This document shows, piece after piece, positions 35,505 through 45,369 of a stretch of 64,000 nucleotides of DNA (the first letter of the stretch is position 1; each line of letters opens with the position of its first letter). The translations under genes were made by a program, and so were the position numbers. Origin of the DNA: an uncultured virus (IMG/VR IMGVR_UViG_3300010412_000006) (Duplodnaviria; Heunggongvirae; Uroviricota; Caudoviricetes); the IMG/VR virus record IMGVR_UViG_3300010412_000006; one strand, given 5' to 3'. Under the pieces are notes generated by a model that worked only from the letters and a program-made list of their open reading frames with translations, made no database searches and had not been told where the DNA came from.

Positions 35505-37103
35505 ATGTCCTATAACAAACAAGACCAAGAAGTAAACACCAATTCAGCGGTAGAGTTCGGAAGCGTAAAGCTGGGAGCCACCGGGGCTACCGTCGACCAG
35601 TTCAAGAGCACTGGTGCCCTTGGATCAAGCGGAGCTGTGGTTCCTACCGAAAACGTCATCAAGGCCTATGTTGATTCCGTAGCCGCTCCGACGGGTGCAA
35701 CCGGACCGCAAGGTGCCACGGGAGCCGGTGCAACGGGGGCGACAGGGGCTATTGGTGTGACAGGTGCACAAGGAGCGACTGGAAGTGGCGCCACCGGATC
35801 GACGGGGGCGACTGGAGTGCAGGGTGACGCAGTCACTGGAGCGACAGGGCCGCAGGGAGCCACGGGAAGTGGTGTTACAGGAGATACAGGGGTTATTGGC
35901 GTAACGGGAGCCCAAGGTGCAACCGGAAGCGGTGTTACTGGTGCAACGGGTGCACAAGGAAATCAAGGCGTTACTGGAGCGACAGGTAGTGGAGTCACTG
36001 GAGCAACTGGAACACAGGGTGGTCAGGGCGTAACCGGTGCCACTGGAAGTGGCGTAACGGGAGTAACTGGGATTCAAGGAGGTCAAGGTGTTACGGGAGC
36101 CACTGGCAGTGGCGTCACCGGAGCAACTGGAACTCAAGGAGGTCAGGGAGTGACCGGAGCCACGGGATCTGGAGTTACGGGAGCCACAGGGGTTCAGGGC
36201 GGTCAAGGAGTTACTGGAGCCACGGGATCTGGAGTCACAGGTGCCACTGGAACACAGGGCGGTCAGGGAGTAACCGGAGCAACTGGTTCTGGAGTAACGG
36301 GTGCAACAGGCGTACAAGGAAATCAAGGCTTAACAGGAGCCACGGGTAGCGGAGTCACTGGTGCCACTGGAACACAGGGCGGACAGGGAGTCACAGGTGC
36401 CACGGGTTCGGGAGTTACTGGAGCAACTGGCACTCAGGGCGGACAGGGGGTTACGGGTGCGACAGGATCTGGTGTCACTGGTGCAACGGGACCACAGGGC
36501 GGTCAGGGAGTAACCGGAGCAACTGGAGCTGGCGTCACGGGTGCCACCGGAACACAGGGCGGTCAGGGAGTCACAGGTGTCACTGGTAGCGGTGTTACGG
36601 GAGCAACTGGCGTTCAGGGCGTCACTGGGGCTACAGGCGTTATAGGCGTAACAGGGGCTCAGGGAGCAACGGGATCTGGAGTTACGGGAGCAACTGGACC
36701 ACAGGGAAGCACTGGTGCCACAGGAGCCCAAGGTGTCACTGGAACACCGGGAAATCCTACCGGGGCAGTCCAGTTCAACGACGGTGGATCCTTCGGTGGT
36801 GCCACTGGATTTGAATACGACAAGTCATTACAGAGGCTGGACGTTCCGAATGCAAGGGTTTCCAATCTCAACACGGGCGACAATGTAATAACCACCGATG
36901 CAAGCGGAGACCTCCAGGAATCGGGCGTGACGGTGGAAACGGCTCCGGCTGGCGGATCAGGAATAACCATCGTGAACTACACAACCGGACCAGTGAGCCC
37001 GCCGACCGGATACATGTGGATAGAAAACATAGACGCCACGTCCAAAAAACTTTGCTGGTATGACGGTTCAAGTGTGTATTCGGTAGAACTGGAAGCTGAA
37101 TAA
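35505..37103 (+). CDS. Second collagen-like fibre protein
   Basis: 532 aa; same 20-aa Gly-X-Thr unit at about 35690-36760; [13 protein letters not shown] motif follows the repeat. Confidence 0.9.
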   Translation: MSYNKQDQEVNTNSAVEFGSVKLGATGATVDQFKSTGALGSSGAVVPTENVIKAYVDSVAAPTGATGPQGATGAGATGATGAIGVTGAQGATGSGATGSTGATGVQGDAVTGATGPQGATGSGVTGDTGVIGVTGAQGATGSGVTGATGAQGNQGVTGATGSGVTGATGTQGGQGVTGATGSGVTGVTGIQGGQGVTGATGSGVTGATGTQGGQGVTGATGSGVTGATGVQGGQGVTGATGSGVTGATGTQGGQGVTGATGSGVTGATGVQGNQGLTGATGSGVTGATGTQGGQGVTGATGSGVTGATGTQGGQGVTGATGSGVTGATGPQGGQGVTGATGAGVTGATGTQGGQGVTGVTGSGVTGATGVQGVTGATGVIGVTGAQGATGSGVTGATGPQGSTGATGAQGVTGTPGNPTGAVQFNDGGSFGGATGFEYDKSLQRLDVPNARVSNLNTGDNVITTDASGDLQESGVTVETAPAGGSGITIVNYTTGPVSPPTGYMWIENIDATSKKLCWYDGSSVYSVELEAE

Positions 37104-37741
37104 TGAGCAGAAATATCGTAATTCCTACCGGAAAGAGGCTGGGAATTCCAGCCCTGTTATTCGAAGAAGACTTCGAATCACCTGTCGTGTCAGGATATTC
37201 CAACGGGACATTGCCAACGGGATGGCTGATAGCGGACACTGGATTCGGATCTGGAAGCATCGGTCTGAACAACGAAGACAGTGGTGACTGGACATCCCCG
37301 GGAACTTCCGACGAACAGGGTCTTGACCCGAACTACACCAACAGCGGGGCATGCACGGATTCCGGGGTCATAGGAACGATAGACATAAACTCGGTAACCT
37401 ATCGCCTGACCGTCACCATAGCATATGACAAGGCGACAAGCGGAAAGACTGGAGCGGCCGGAGGTTCAGCAAGCGGTGATTACGATGTCATGCTCTGTGC
37501 GTTGGAAGGTGGATTCGACAGGCAGGACTGGGCAGCGGGATCGTCCAACTTCGATTCAAGGGCAATAGTAACTCTGAGCGGTAGCGTGTCCGACGATGAC
37601 AAGGTTCATACATTTTCAGGAGAATATACTACCAACTCGACAACCGATGCGGGTAAATCTGGATATGATCTTGCGGTTGGAATAGACGGAGCCACATCGC
37701 ACGCGATAGTAACGTATGTAAAAGTGGAGATAATACCATGA
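37103..37741 (+). CDS. Putative carbohydrate-binding beta-sandwich fibre accessory protein
   Basis: LFEEDFESP.V.GY...P.GW start typical of jelly-roll surface domains; MSRNIV leader like the adhesin paralogs. Confidence 0.55.
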   Translation: MSRNIVIPTGKRLGIPALLFEEDFESPVVSGYSNGTLPTGWLIADTGFGSGSIGLNNEDSGDWTSPGTSDEQGLDPNYTNSGACTDSGVIGTIDINSVTYRLTVTIAYDKATSGKTGAAGGSASGDYDVMLCALEGGFDRQDWAAGSSNFDSRAIVTLSGSVSDDDKVHTFSGEYTTNSTTDAGKSGYDLAVGIDGATSHAIVTYVKVEIIP

Positions 37742-39852
37742 GCCAAATAGGATTGAAACCGTGGTCTCCGTCGGAAATAAGCCCTAATGCGTGGTACGAT
37801 GCTGCCGATTCATCGACCATAACGGCAACGACACAAGCCGTAAGCCAATGGAACGACAAGAGCGGTAACGGGAACAATGTTTCCCAAGTAACCGGAAGCA
37901 AACAACCAATAACGAATAATCGGCAGCAAAACAATATAAATGTTGTCGACTTCGATAATGCGTCAGTTCACTGTCTTAATAATTTATCCCCCTCAACGAC
38001 ACCGGTGACAAGTCATGATTTTTATTTTGTCGCAAAAAGAGACTCTCTTAACGACAGTGAAAGCCTTTTGACACTGGACGGGTCCGGCAATGCCCAGATC
38101 AGGATAAACAGGTTCGCCGACTACAACATAGAGGTCGTGAACGATGCAGATTCACAGGGTTCAAGAACGTACTCCAGCGGAGATACCGAAGTTCACATAT
38201 TCAACTACAGATATACCGGGTCTGTAGTTACCATTTTTGTTGACGGAGTGGAGGTCGTAACTCCCGTCGCCCTGACCGGAAATGTCACGATAGACGCATC
38301 AATAAGATTGGGTTCAAGTGTTTTTGGAACCAATACCCACAACGGATTCATTGGAGAGGTGATATGGAGCCAGGCACTCAGCGATGCAGACAGGCAGAAA
38401 ATGGAGGGATACCTAGCATGGAAGTGGGGGTTAGTCGGTAATCTCGCCACCAATCACCCATTCAAGTATCAAAAACCGGATGCTAACAGCACGGGGTCTT
38501 CGCTGTGGACACCAAGCAATACCACGACGGCGGCATGGTACGACGCATCCGACGACAGTACGATAACCCATGCCGGAACCCTCGTGTCCCAGCTTGGGGT
38601 TCTTGACCTGACCGCAAACAGCGGGAACAATCCGCACACGGGAGTGGCGTGGGCTGCCGGAGACACGTACAGACTGGCATTCGTCTCAAGTATCCCGATG
38701 GACGCCACATCAAGCGACATAGAACACTACAACATGCACGTTCAGAATGTCGCTGCCGCCGCTGGATATGGGGCGGTCACATGGAAGGCCATCGTTTCGA
38801 CATCGGCGGTAAGTGCCAAGAAGAATATCGGCTTCGGCGATCCTGACGGTGCGATAGTGAACATGATCGGAACCACATTCCCGGCAACAAGCTGGGACGA
38901 CCTGTTCGACGGAACAGTCAATCCCAAGATAGCATATGATGAGAATGGAAACGGACCAGGTCTTGCCGACTTGCCGACGACGGTACCGTTCTACCAGTTT
39001 ACCCCCGCATGGACAGGAATAGATAATAACGGAAATACTGAAAATCCTGTCGGTGGATCTACAGTTAATTTCGGCATAGCGGAAGCCGAGGCGACATTTC
39101 AATTTGACAGGGGAAGTTCGTCCAGTACCACGGCAAAGATGCACATCTACGCCATATCGGAACCGCTGACCGTCCAGTACAGCTCCAATGCCATAAGCCA
39201 GTGGAACGACAAGAGTGGAAATGCGAATCATGCGACACAGGGGACGGGAGCGGATCAGCCACTAAGGTCGACAAGAACAATAGGCGGGCTCGGCACCATC
39301 GAAGGGACTGACGATGACCTGTTTTTCGACACGGCAACTGGCTTTTTCAGTGCTCAGGACGACTGGTCGATGTTTGCCGTATATCAGGATGACGATTACG
39401 CCGAAGGGGGAGCTAACGACATGTTGATTCAGAATCTTGACGGAACCGGAACTGGACGATCCTTAATATATCGGGCAGGAGGCAACAGCATGACGACATT
39501 CCTTGGCGGAACCGCTACGGCTCTATATGCTCAACCGTCAACGCCATCAATACTGTCGGTGACCTTTGACTGGAACGGAAGCACTACGAGTATTGCATCA
39601 TGGCTGAATGGAAGTGCAGGTGGAACAGGGTCAGTTTCGACAGAGGCAAATACGTCATCCAACATAAGATTGATGGGGGACAAGCCTGGAACGGCCTGTT
39701 GGGATGGGATTGTCGGGGAAATAATTATCGTTAACAGTGCCGTATCAACAGCCGACCGACAAAAAATTGAAGGCTACCTCGCATGGAAATGGGGATTCCC
39801 GCATAAATTGCCGAGAAGCCATCCGTATGCAGGCGGACCCCCGACTGTGTAA
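37738..39852 (+). CDS. Tandem LamG/ConA-like adhesin with a nested foreign domain
   Basis: Two AWYDA...EGYLAWKW domains; the second is split by a ~200-aa insert (GDTYRLAFVSS...DATSSDIEHYN). Confidence 0.75.
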   Translation: MSQIGLKPWSPSEISPNAWYDAADSSTITATTQAVSQWNDKSGNGNNVSQVTGSKQPITNNRQQNNINVVDFDNASVHCLNNLSPSTTPVTSHDFYFVAKRDSLNDSESLLTLDGSGNAQIRINRFADYNIEVVNDADSQGSRTYSSGDTEVHIFNYRYTGSVVTIFVDGVEVVTPVALTGNVTIDASIRLGSSVFGTNTHNGFIGEVIWSQALSDADRQKMEGYLAWKWGLVGNLATNHPFKYQKPDANSTGSSLWTPSNTTTAAWYDASDDSTITHAGTLVSQLGVLDLTANSGNNPHTGVAWAAGDTYRLAFVSSIPMDATSSDIEHYNMHVQNVAAAAGYGAVTWKAIVSTSAVSAKKNIGFGDPDGAIVNMIGTTFPATSWDDLFDGTVNPKIAYDENGNGPGLADLPTTVPFYQFTPAWTGIDNNGNTENPVGGSTVNFGIAEAEATFQFDRGSSSSTTAKMHIYAISEPLTVQYSSNAISQWNDKSGNANHATQGTGADQPLRSTRTIGGLGTIEGTDDDLFFDTATGFFSAQDDWSMFAVYQDDDYAEGGANDMLIQNLDGTGTGRSLIYRAGGNSMTTFLGGTATALYAQPSTPSILSVTFDWNGSTTSIASWLNGSAGGTGSVSTEANTSSNIRLMGDKPGTACWDGIVGEIIIVNSAVSTADRQKIEGYLAWKWGFPHKLPRSHPYAGGPPTV

Positions 39853-39856
39853 TTAG

Positions 39857-39886
39857 AGGATTCACGGGAATGAAAACTGAAAATAC
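39857..39886 (+). promoter_or_regulatory. AGG-N19-GAA candidate promoter
   Basis: AGG(39857)-19 nt-GAAAATA; TGTATAAT follows. Confidence 0.6.
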
Positions 39887-39938
39887 AATGTATAATAATT
39901 TAATCACGGAAAAATATCCGGAATAGAGGTACGGCAAC

Positions 39939-40283
39939 ATGCCAGCAGGACATTCAAAACAGCACGGACTGGGAAGCACGGCAGACCACTCGACGGCGAC
40001 AAGGGCACAGGTAAACGCTCTCGTGTCCGACACCGATCTTGCGGACGCCTATGCCACCGTGGCGACAAAGACGGGTAATTACACGACAACCGATGCCGAC
40101 GACTATCTTGAGCTGAACGGCAACTTCACGCTGACGCTGCACACCGCAACGAACAACCAGAAGCTTCATGTCGTCAATATCGGCGGGACGCAGACCATTG
40201 CCAACCTGTCGGATCTCGACACGCTTTATCTGAATGAATCGCTGAGCCTCTATTACAACGGATCGGCATGGAGGGTAGTATGA
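39939..40283 (+). CDS. Small fibre-like structural protein
   Basis: TKTGNYTTTDADDY...FTLTL...SLSLYYNGSAW resembles the C-terminal domain of 26581-33009. Confidence 0.6.
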   Translation: MPAGHSKQHGLGSTADHSTATRAQVNALVSDTDLADAYATVATKTGNYTTTDADDYLELNGNFTLTLHTATNNQKLHVVNIGGTQTIANLSDLDTLYLNESLSLYYNGSAWRVV

Positions 40284-41503
40284 CAAACTTAAGGGCAATG
40301 ACATATGAAGACGGGCCGATACTTGACGGATTCGGTCGCCTTCGCACAAGCAATCCGGATACAATATTCGACAGTAAGCAACTTTGGGACAAGGCCACCC
40401 TGTTCTGGGACGAGGTTACGAATGGAACGGGAGCGTCCGCCCACTCGACGGCCAACTCCGCAACGACGCTTTCGGTCGCGGCTAATGCCGACTATGCAGT
40501 TCGTCAGACCAAGATGCGTTTCAACTACCAGTCCGCAAAGTGTCAGCAAATATTCATGACATTCGTGCTCAACGCCGCAACGACCAACGTTTCAAAATAT
40601 GTCGGCTACTACAACTCATCAATATCAAGCCCGTATACCGCATCGTTTGACGGAATATACCTTAAACAGGATGGAACGACCCAATACCTTTGCCAGGCGA
40701 AATCAGGATCGGAAACGGCAATTTCACAGGCAAACTGGAACATCGACACATTCGACGGCAATGGACCGAGTGGCGTAACCATTGATTGGGACACCGCCCA
40801 GATCATGATGATCGACTTCGGCTGGCTCGGAGTCAGCCGCGTCAGAATCGGGTTCGTGATTGACGGAGTAATTTTATACGCTCACGAATTCCTTAACGCC
40901 AACAGTGTGACCTCGGTATATATGCAGTCACCCAACCATTCCATAAGGTACGAGATAAGGAGCACGGGAGGTGCCGATTCACTGGTTCACATATGTTCTT
41001 CCGTATCTTCCGAAGGTGGCACCCAGGAGAACGGGGCATTACGATATGTCTCTACCGCCGGAACGCATGTCGACGCCAATACGGAAAACACCATATATGC
41101 CGTGGTCGGTACGGCTCTCAAGTCGACCCATCTGGATGCAACCGTCATAATGGAGAGCATGTCTATGCAGATTCAGACGGACGCATCCTATGCGGAGTGG
41201 ATACTCATGCTCAATCCAACCGTTGCGGGAACCTTTACCTATACGGGAATAACGGACTCTGCCGTAGAACGGGCACTTGGTACTTCGACAAACACGGTTA
41301 CGGGTGGAACGCAGCTCGCCGGCGGTTTTCTCGTATCAGGAGGTTCAAAAGGCGGAGCCTCAACTGACATCAAGGTGGAAAATGCAATAAGGCACGGTGC
41401 CACGGTTGCGGGAGTTACCGACAAGATAGTCTTGTGCGTTCGTCCCATCGGAGGAAGTACAAACATAGACATTGAAGGCGGACTGATCTGGAGAGAACTG
41501 TAA
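40280..41503 (+). CDS. Phage virion structural protein (DxFGRLR family)
   Basis: DGFGRLRTSNP.TIFDS, WLGVSRVRIGFVIDG; start moved to 40280 (ATGA overlap). Confidence 0.65.
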   Translation: MTNLRAMTYEDGPILDGFGRLRTSNPDTIFDSKQLWDKATLFWDEVTNGTGASAHSTANSATTLSVAANADYAVRQTKMRFNYQSAKCQQIFMTFVLNAATTNVSKYVGYYNSSISSPYTASFDGIYLKQDGTTQYLCQAKSGSETAISQANWNIDTFDGNGPSGVTIDWDTAQIMMIDFGWLGVSRVRIGFVIDGVILYAHEFLNANSVTSVYMQSPNHSIRYEIRSTGGADSLVHICSSVSSEGGTQENGALRYVSTAGTHVDANTENTIYAVVGTALKSTHLDATVIMESMSMQIQTDASYAEWILMLNPTVAGTFTYTGITDSAVERALGTSTNTVTGGTQLAGGFLVSGGSKGGASTDIKVENAIRHGATVAGVTDKIVLCVRPIGGSTNIDIEGGLIWREL

Positions 41504-41847
41504 TGCTTATCGTCAAGGAATCAAAGGGGAAGGGGCGAGGAGTGTTCACGGATACGTTGATAAAAAAGGATGAGACCATAGAAAGGTCTGCCGTTATCCC
41601 CCTTGGTGAGGGAGAAACAGTCCATATAGACAATACCGTCCTGAAAAACTACTGGTTCAACTGGGGGAGCAGCGGCGGAGCCATCGGTCTCGGCCTGCTC
41701 TCGCTCTACAACCATTCGGACGAGCAGAACGCCAGATACATGCCCCTGACCTGCGAAAATGAGATGGTCATAATAGCCAACAGGGATATCGAGGCGGGAG
41801 AAGAGATCCTCATCAACTACAAGAACAAGGAAAAGTTCGACTTCTAA
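41503..41847 (+). CDS. SET-domain protein-lysine methyltransferase
   Basis: GKGRGVFT, LYNHSDEQNA, ANRDIEAGEEILINY. Confidence 0.9.
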   Translation: MLIVKESKGKGRGVFTDTLIKKDETIERSAVIPLGEGETVHIDNTVLKNYWFNWGSSGGAIGLGLLSLYNHSDEQNARYMPLTCENEMVIIANRDIEAGEEILINYKNKEKFDF

Positions 41848-41877
41848 TGGGTTCCATACCATAATTCCCGTTGTATA

Positions 41878-42459
41878 ATGTCGGAATACGACAAATCCGA
41901 AATCAGAACAACGGAGAAAAAAATGGATCAGCCACAGATTAATCCTTGGACAAGGCACATATCATACGGCCACAGGGCGATGTATTACGGCATGGTTGCC
42001 GTCATGAAGGGGATGCGCCAGTCGGTAATAGACGTCGGTTGTGGCGACGGATTCGGATACCACACCCTGGTCTCCAACGACGCCGTCTCGACATACTTCG
42101 GCATAGATGCGTCTGAAAGCGAGATAGAAAAGGGAAGACAGATCCTGATCAATCCCCAGCACGAGATGGTGTGCGACAACTGGATGACCTACCCAGAGCA
42201 CCTCATAAGACCCGCCGACTGTTCGTTTTGCATCGAGGTGCTCGAACATCTCTCCGAAGAGGACAGGTTCACCTGCGTCGACAAGCTGAGGCGTTTCACG
42301 AGAAAGAATGTCTTCATATCGACGCCTCCCGCCGACAGGAGCGACCACGGGAGACTCACCATACCCGAATGCACGAGGCTCATCAAGTCGGCGGGACTCA
42401 ATGTCGTCGTCATGGACTATCAATGGACAGCACTTTACGTGTGCAGCCCGCAGAGGTAA
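41878..42459 (+). CDS. Class I SAM-dependent methyltransferase
   Basis: VIDVGCGDGFG, GIDAS, CIEVLEHL, FISTP. Confidence 0.85.
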   Translation: MSEYDKSEIRTTEKKMDQPQINPWTRHISYGHRAMYYGMVAVMKGMRQSVIDVGCGDGFGYHTLVSNDAVSTYFGIDASESEIEKGRQILINPQHEMVCDNWMTYPEHLIRPADCSFCIEVLEHLSEEDRFTCVDKLRRFTRKNVFISTPPADRSDHGRLTIPECTRLIKSAGLNVVVMDYQWTALYVCSPQR

Positions 42460-42462
42460 GTT

Positions 42463-43524
42463 ATGGATCCCTATGCAACACACCAGAGAGCGCTGATCGC
42501 CGCGGCAATGATAACCGAAGGACCCATCGTCGAGATGGGATGCGGGAACTATTCGACACCGCTGCTTTACGAGGTCGCCAAGTCACAAGGCAGGAAGTTC
42601 ACGGTGTACAGCACCGACCGCGAATGGTCTTCGAAATTCACGGACTACGTCGATGTTGTGATACTCGAGTCATGGAACGACTTTCCGTATCCGGAGAATG
42701 TCGGACTGACGTTTCTCGACAACGAGCAGTACATAAGGGACAGGAAACTCCATGTTCCGAGGCTTCTCCAAACAAGCGACGTGGTGATATGCCACGACAT
42801 GGGAGCGAATGAGTGGGGGGCGAAATGGAGCAAGTCGTTTCCCGGTTCTCCGCCGACCGTCATCGTCAGCGACAAGCAGGAAGTCTACGCCGAACCGAAA
42901 AAGGAAAGAGAGCCGGTCACGGTGGCATGCGTATACAAGACGGGAGGAGACTTCACATCAGAGTATGTGAGGCGCCTTTACAGGAATGTTCTTGAGCATT
43001 CTGACAAGTCCCGTGAAATAAGGTTCACCGTCTACACTGATTCGGCCGAGGACATGCCAGGCATCAAGGTTCCTCTTACGGAAAATCTACCTGGATGGTG
43101 GAGCAAGCTTGAACTGTTCAAGGAATTCCGTGGAAGAACCGTATATTTCGATCTGGACACCATAATAACCGGATCGCTTGAGAAAATATACGAGTACGAC
43201 GGTCCCATGGCTCTCATAAGGGACTTCTATCATCCTGAGATAATGTCCACGGGAGTCATGGCGTGGAATTCTCCGATGCAGTTCATAATGCCAACACAGG
43301 AAGAAAAGGGAAGGATACTTTCCAACCCGAGAGCCATGGACCAGCATCATATAGTAAAGAAACTGAACGAAATGAAGTGGAGTGTCGACATCGTGCAGGA
43401 CATCATACCTCTAGCAAGCTACAAGGCCGACTGCATGAAAAACGGCATACCCGACGGAACGAGCATCGTATGCTTCCACGGAAGACCGAGACCCCATGAA
43501 GTTAATTGGCTGGAAAACAGATGA
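42463..43524 (+). CDS. Methyltransferase-like domain fused to GT-A glycosyltransferase
   Basis: N-terminal IVEMGCGNYSTPLL; C-terminal GWWSKLELF, YFDLDTII (DxD), CFHGRPRPH. Confidence 0.75.
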   Translation: MDPYATHQRALIAAAMITEGPIVEMGCGNYSTPLLYEVAKSQGRKFTVYSTDREWSSKFTDYVDVVILESWNDFPYPENVGLTFLDNEQYIRDRKLHVPRLLQTSDVVICHDMGANEWGAKWSKSFPGSPPTVIVSDKQEVYAEPKKEREPVTVACVYKTGGDFTSEYVRRLYRNVLEHSDKSREIRFTVYTDSAEDMPGIKVPLTENLPGWWSKLELFKEFRGRTVYFDLDTIITGSLEKIYEYDGPMALIRDFYHPEIMSTGVMAWNSPMQFIMPTQEEKGRILSNPRAMDQHHIVKKLNEMKWSVDIVQDIIPLASYKADCMKNGIPDGTSIVCFHGRPRPHEVNWLENR

Positions 43525-45305
43525 TCAGAGCATTCAAGAACGTGCACAGGGGGAAGTCCGCTGTCCTTTTTCTTACGGGACCGACGTTGAATGACTATGT
43601 ACCTCCAGAAGACAACCTTATCAAGGTCGGGGTCAATACGGCCATATTCCACGATGGCCTCGATCTTGATTATTTCTTCATCCAGGACCCTGGTCAGGCA
43701 CATCATTCCAATTCATATGTGAGCAGAAAGGAAGAATACGATTCGTACAGGCCGAACATAGCCAAGTTCTACGGAATCACGCTTTCTAAAATTCTCATGG
43801 ACTCCTGCAACTCGGCCGGGTCCATTCCGTATGAATTTTCCCACGGAGAAATAGTTCAGATTGGAAACGCCAGAATAGAGAATCCGGAAATACCGGCAAA
43901 ATTCTCATCCGATTTCAACAGCGGCATTCCTGCAGCCGGCGGATCCATAGCCTTCCCAGCTCTTCAATTCCTCCTGTGGACGGGCGTGTCAAAGATATAC
44001 GTCGTCGGAGCCGACATCACCGACAACAGGCGATTCAACGAAGAAAAATCCATACAGAATTACGAAGGACAGTTCCATCTCCAGAGATGGAAGGAGTTCG
44101 AATCGTGGGTTTTGAAGACCCATCCAGAGGTAAAGATAATTCCCCTTAACCCCGTTGGCCTCAGGGGCATGTTCCAGCCGAAATTCAGGATGCATGTTCT
44201 AGGAATTCCTCACACGATAACGAGTAAGGAGTTCGCTCACTGTGCCTTCACGCAGAAAGTGAGGCGATTCTGCAAGTTCATGATGGAGGACGGACACACC
44301 ATTTACCATTACGGACACGAGAGATCGGAAGTGGAATGCACTGAACACATAACCGTCACCAACGACGAGACTTTCAGGAAGTGCTACGGAGACAATTACG
44401 ACTGGCTCCACGTGTCGTACAACAACGTCATCGGAGACGCATGCCATCAGGATTTTACGAGAAACACCATCCCCGAACTTGGAAAGCGTCTTCAGCACAG
44501 GGATTTCATCCTGTGCTGGTACGGCAACGGCCACAAGGCGGTTGCCGACGCATTTGACGGCAGGGCCATAATTGTCGAGCCCAGCATAGGATGCTTCAAG
44601 TCATTCGCCCCCTACAGGGTTTTCGAAAGCTATTCGGTGATGAACTACATATACGGAATAAATGGGGAAAGGCCATGCTGGTACGATGCCGTCATTCCTG
44701 GGTTTTTGTACCCGGAAGAATTCATATACCGCGAGAAAAAGGAAGATTTCATACTCTACATCGGACGCATAGATCCCGTAAAGGGAATAAAGATAGCCAT
44801 TGACGCGTGCAGACGGACAGGAAACCATCTCAAGATGGCAGGTCAGGGAATCGTCAACCCGGAATGGGACACTTCTCACGTGGAAATGCTTGGGTATCTC
44901 AATTTCGAGAAGAGAGCGGACTACATGAGCAGGGCCAAGGCGATCATATGCCCGAGCATGTTCAACGAGCCATTCGGCTACATCGCCATAGAGGCGGCCA
45001 TGTCGGGGACCCCGGTCATATCCAGCGACTGGGGAGGATTCGTCGACACCGTAGTCCACGGGGTGACTGGGTACAGATGCCGAAACATGGACCAGTTCGA
45101 CTGGGCAGTCAAGAATATCGACAGGATAAGCACAAAGGCGTGCAGGGATTGGGCGATGAACAACTTTACCGTCGACTGCGCCAGGGAAAGATACAATGAG
45201 TATCTTAGACAGGTCCACGGAGTCTTTTTCGGATGCGACTTCAACGGCTCTTATCCTGGAAGGACGGACATAGTGACGCCAAAGAGAATTTATCCGTCTT
45301 CCTGA
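43521..45305 (+). CDS. DUF115/Maf-like domain fused to GT4 (GT-B) glycosyltransferase
   Basis: FKNVHRGKSAVLFLTGPTL...GVN...IYVVGAD; C-terminal YIGRIDPVKG, EPFGYIAIEAAMSGTPVI; start moved to 43521 (ATGA). Confidence 0.8.
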   Translation: MIRAFKNVHRGKSAVLFLTGPTLNDYVPPEDNLIKVGVNTAIFHDGLDLDYFFIQDPGQAHHSNSYVSRKEEYDSYRPNIAKFYGITLSKILMDSCNSAGSIPYEFSHGEIVQIGNARIENPEIPAKFSSDFNSGIPAAGGSIAFPALQFLLWTGVSKIYVVGADITDNRRFNEEKSIQNYEGQFHLQRWKEFESWVLKTHPEVKIIPLNPVGLRGMFQPKFRMHVLGIPHTITSKEFAHCAFTQKVRRFCKFMMEDGHTIYHYGHERSEVECTEHITVTNDETFRKCYGDNYDWLHVSYNNVIGDACHQDFTRNTIPELGKRLQHRDFILCWYGNGHKAVADAFDGRAIIVEPSIGCFKSFAPYRVFESYSVMNYIYGINGERPCWYDAVIPGFLYPEEFIYREKKEDFILYIGRIDPVKGIKIAIDACRRTGNHLKMAGQGIVNPEWDTSHVEMLGYLNFEKRADYMSRAKAIICPSMFNEPFGYIAIEAAMSGTPVISSDWGGFVDTVVHGVTGYRCRNMDQFDWAVKNIDRISTKACRDWAMNNFTVDCARERYNEYLRQVHGVFFGCDFNGSYPGRTDIVTPKRIYPSS

Positions 45306-45308
45306 CAA

Positions 45309-45340
45309 AGGTTATGCGGACTAATTATTCGTATTAGTCC
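45309..45340 (+). promoter_or_regulatory. AGG-N19-GTA candidate promoter overlapped by an inverted repeat
   Basis: AGG(45309)-19 nt-GTATTAG; GGACTAAT-N7-ATTAGTCC. Confidence 0.5.
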
Positions 45341-45369
45341 TACATAACAATCAAACCAGAGAAGATGGA

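Noticed and set aside
41503..41847. SET domain and collagen as evidence of a eukaryotic giant virus
   Set aside because: Shine-Dalgarno sites, ATGA-coupled operons, sigma-type promoters and a tailed-phage terminase indicate a bacteriophage
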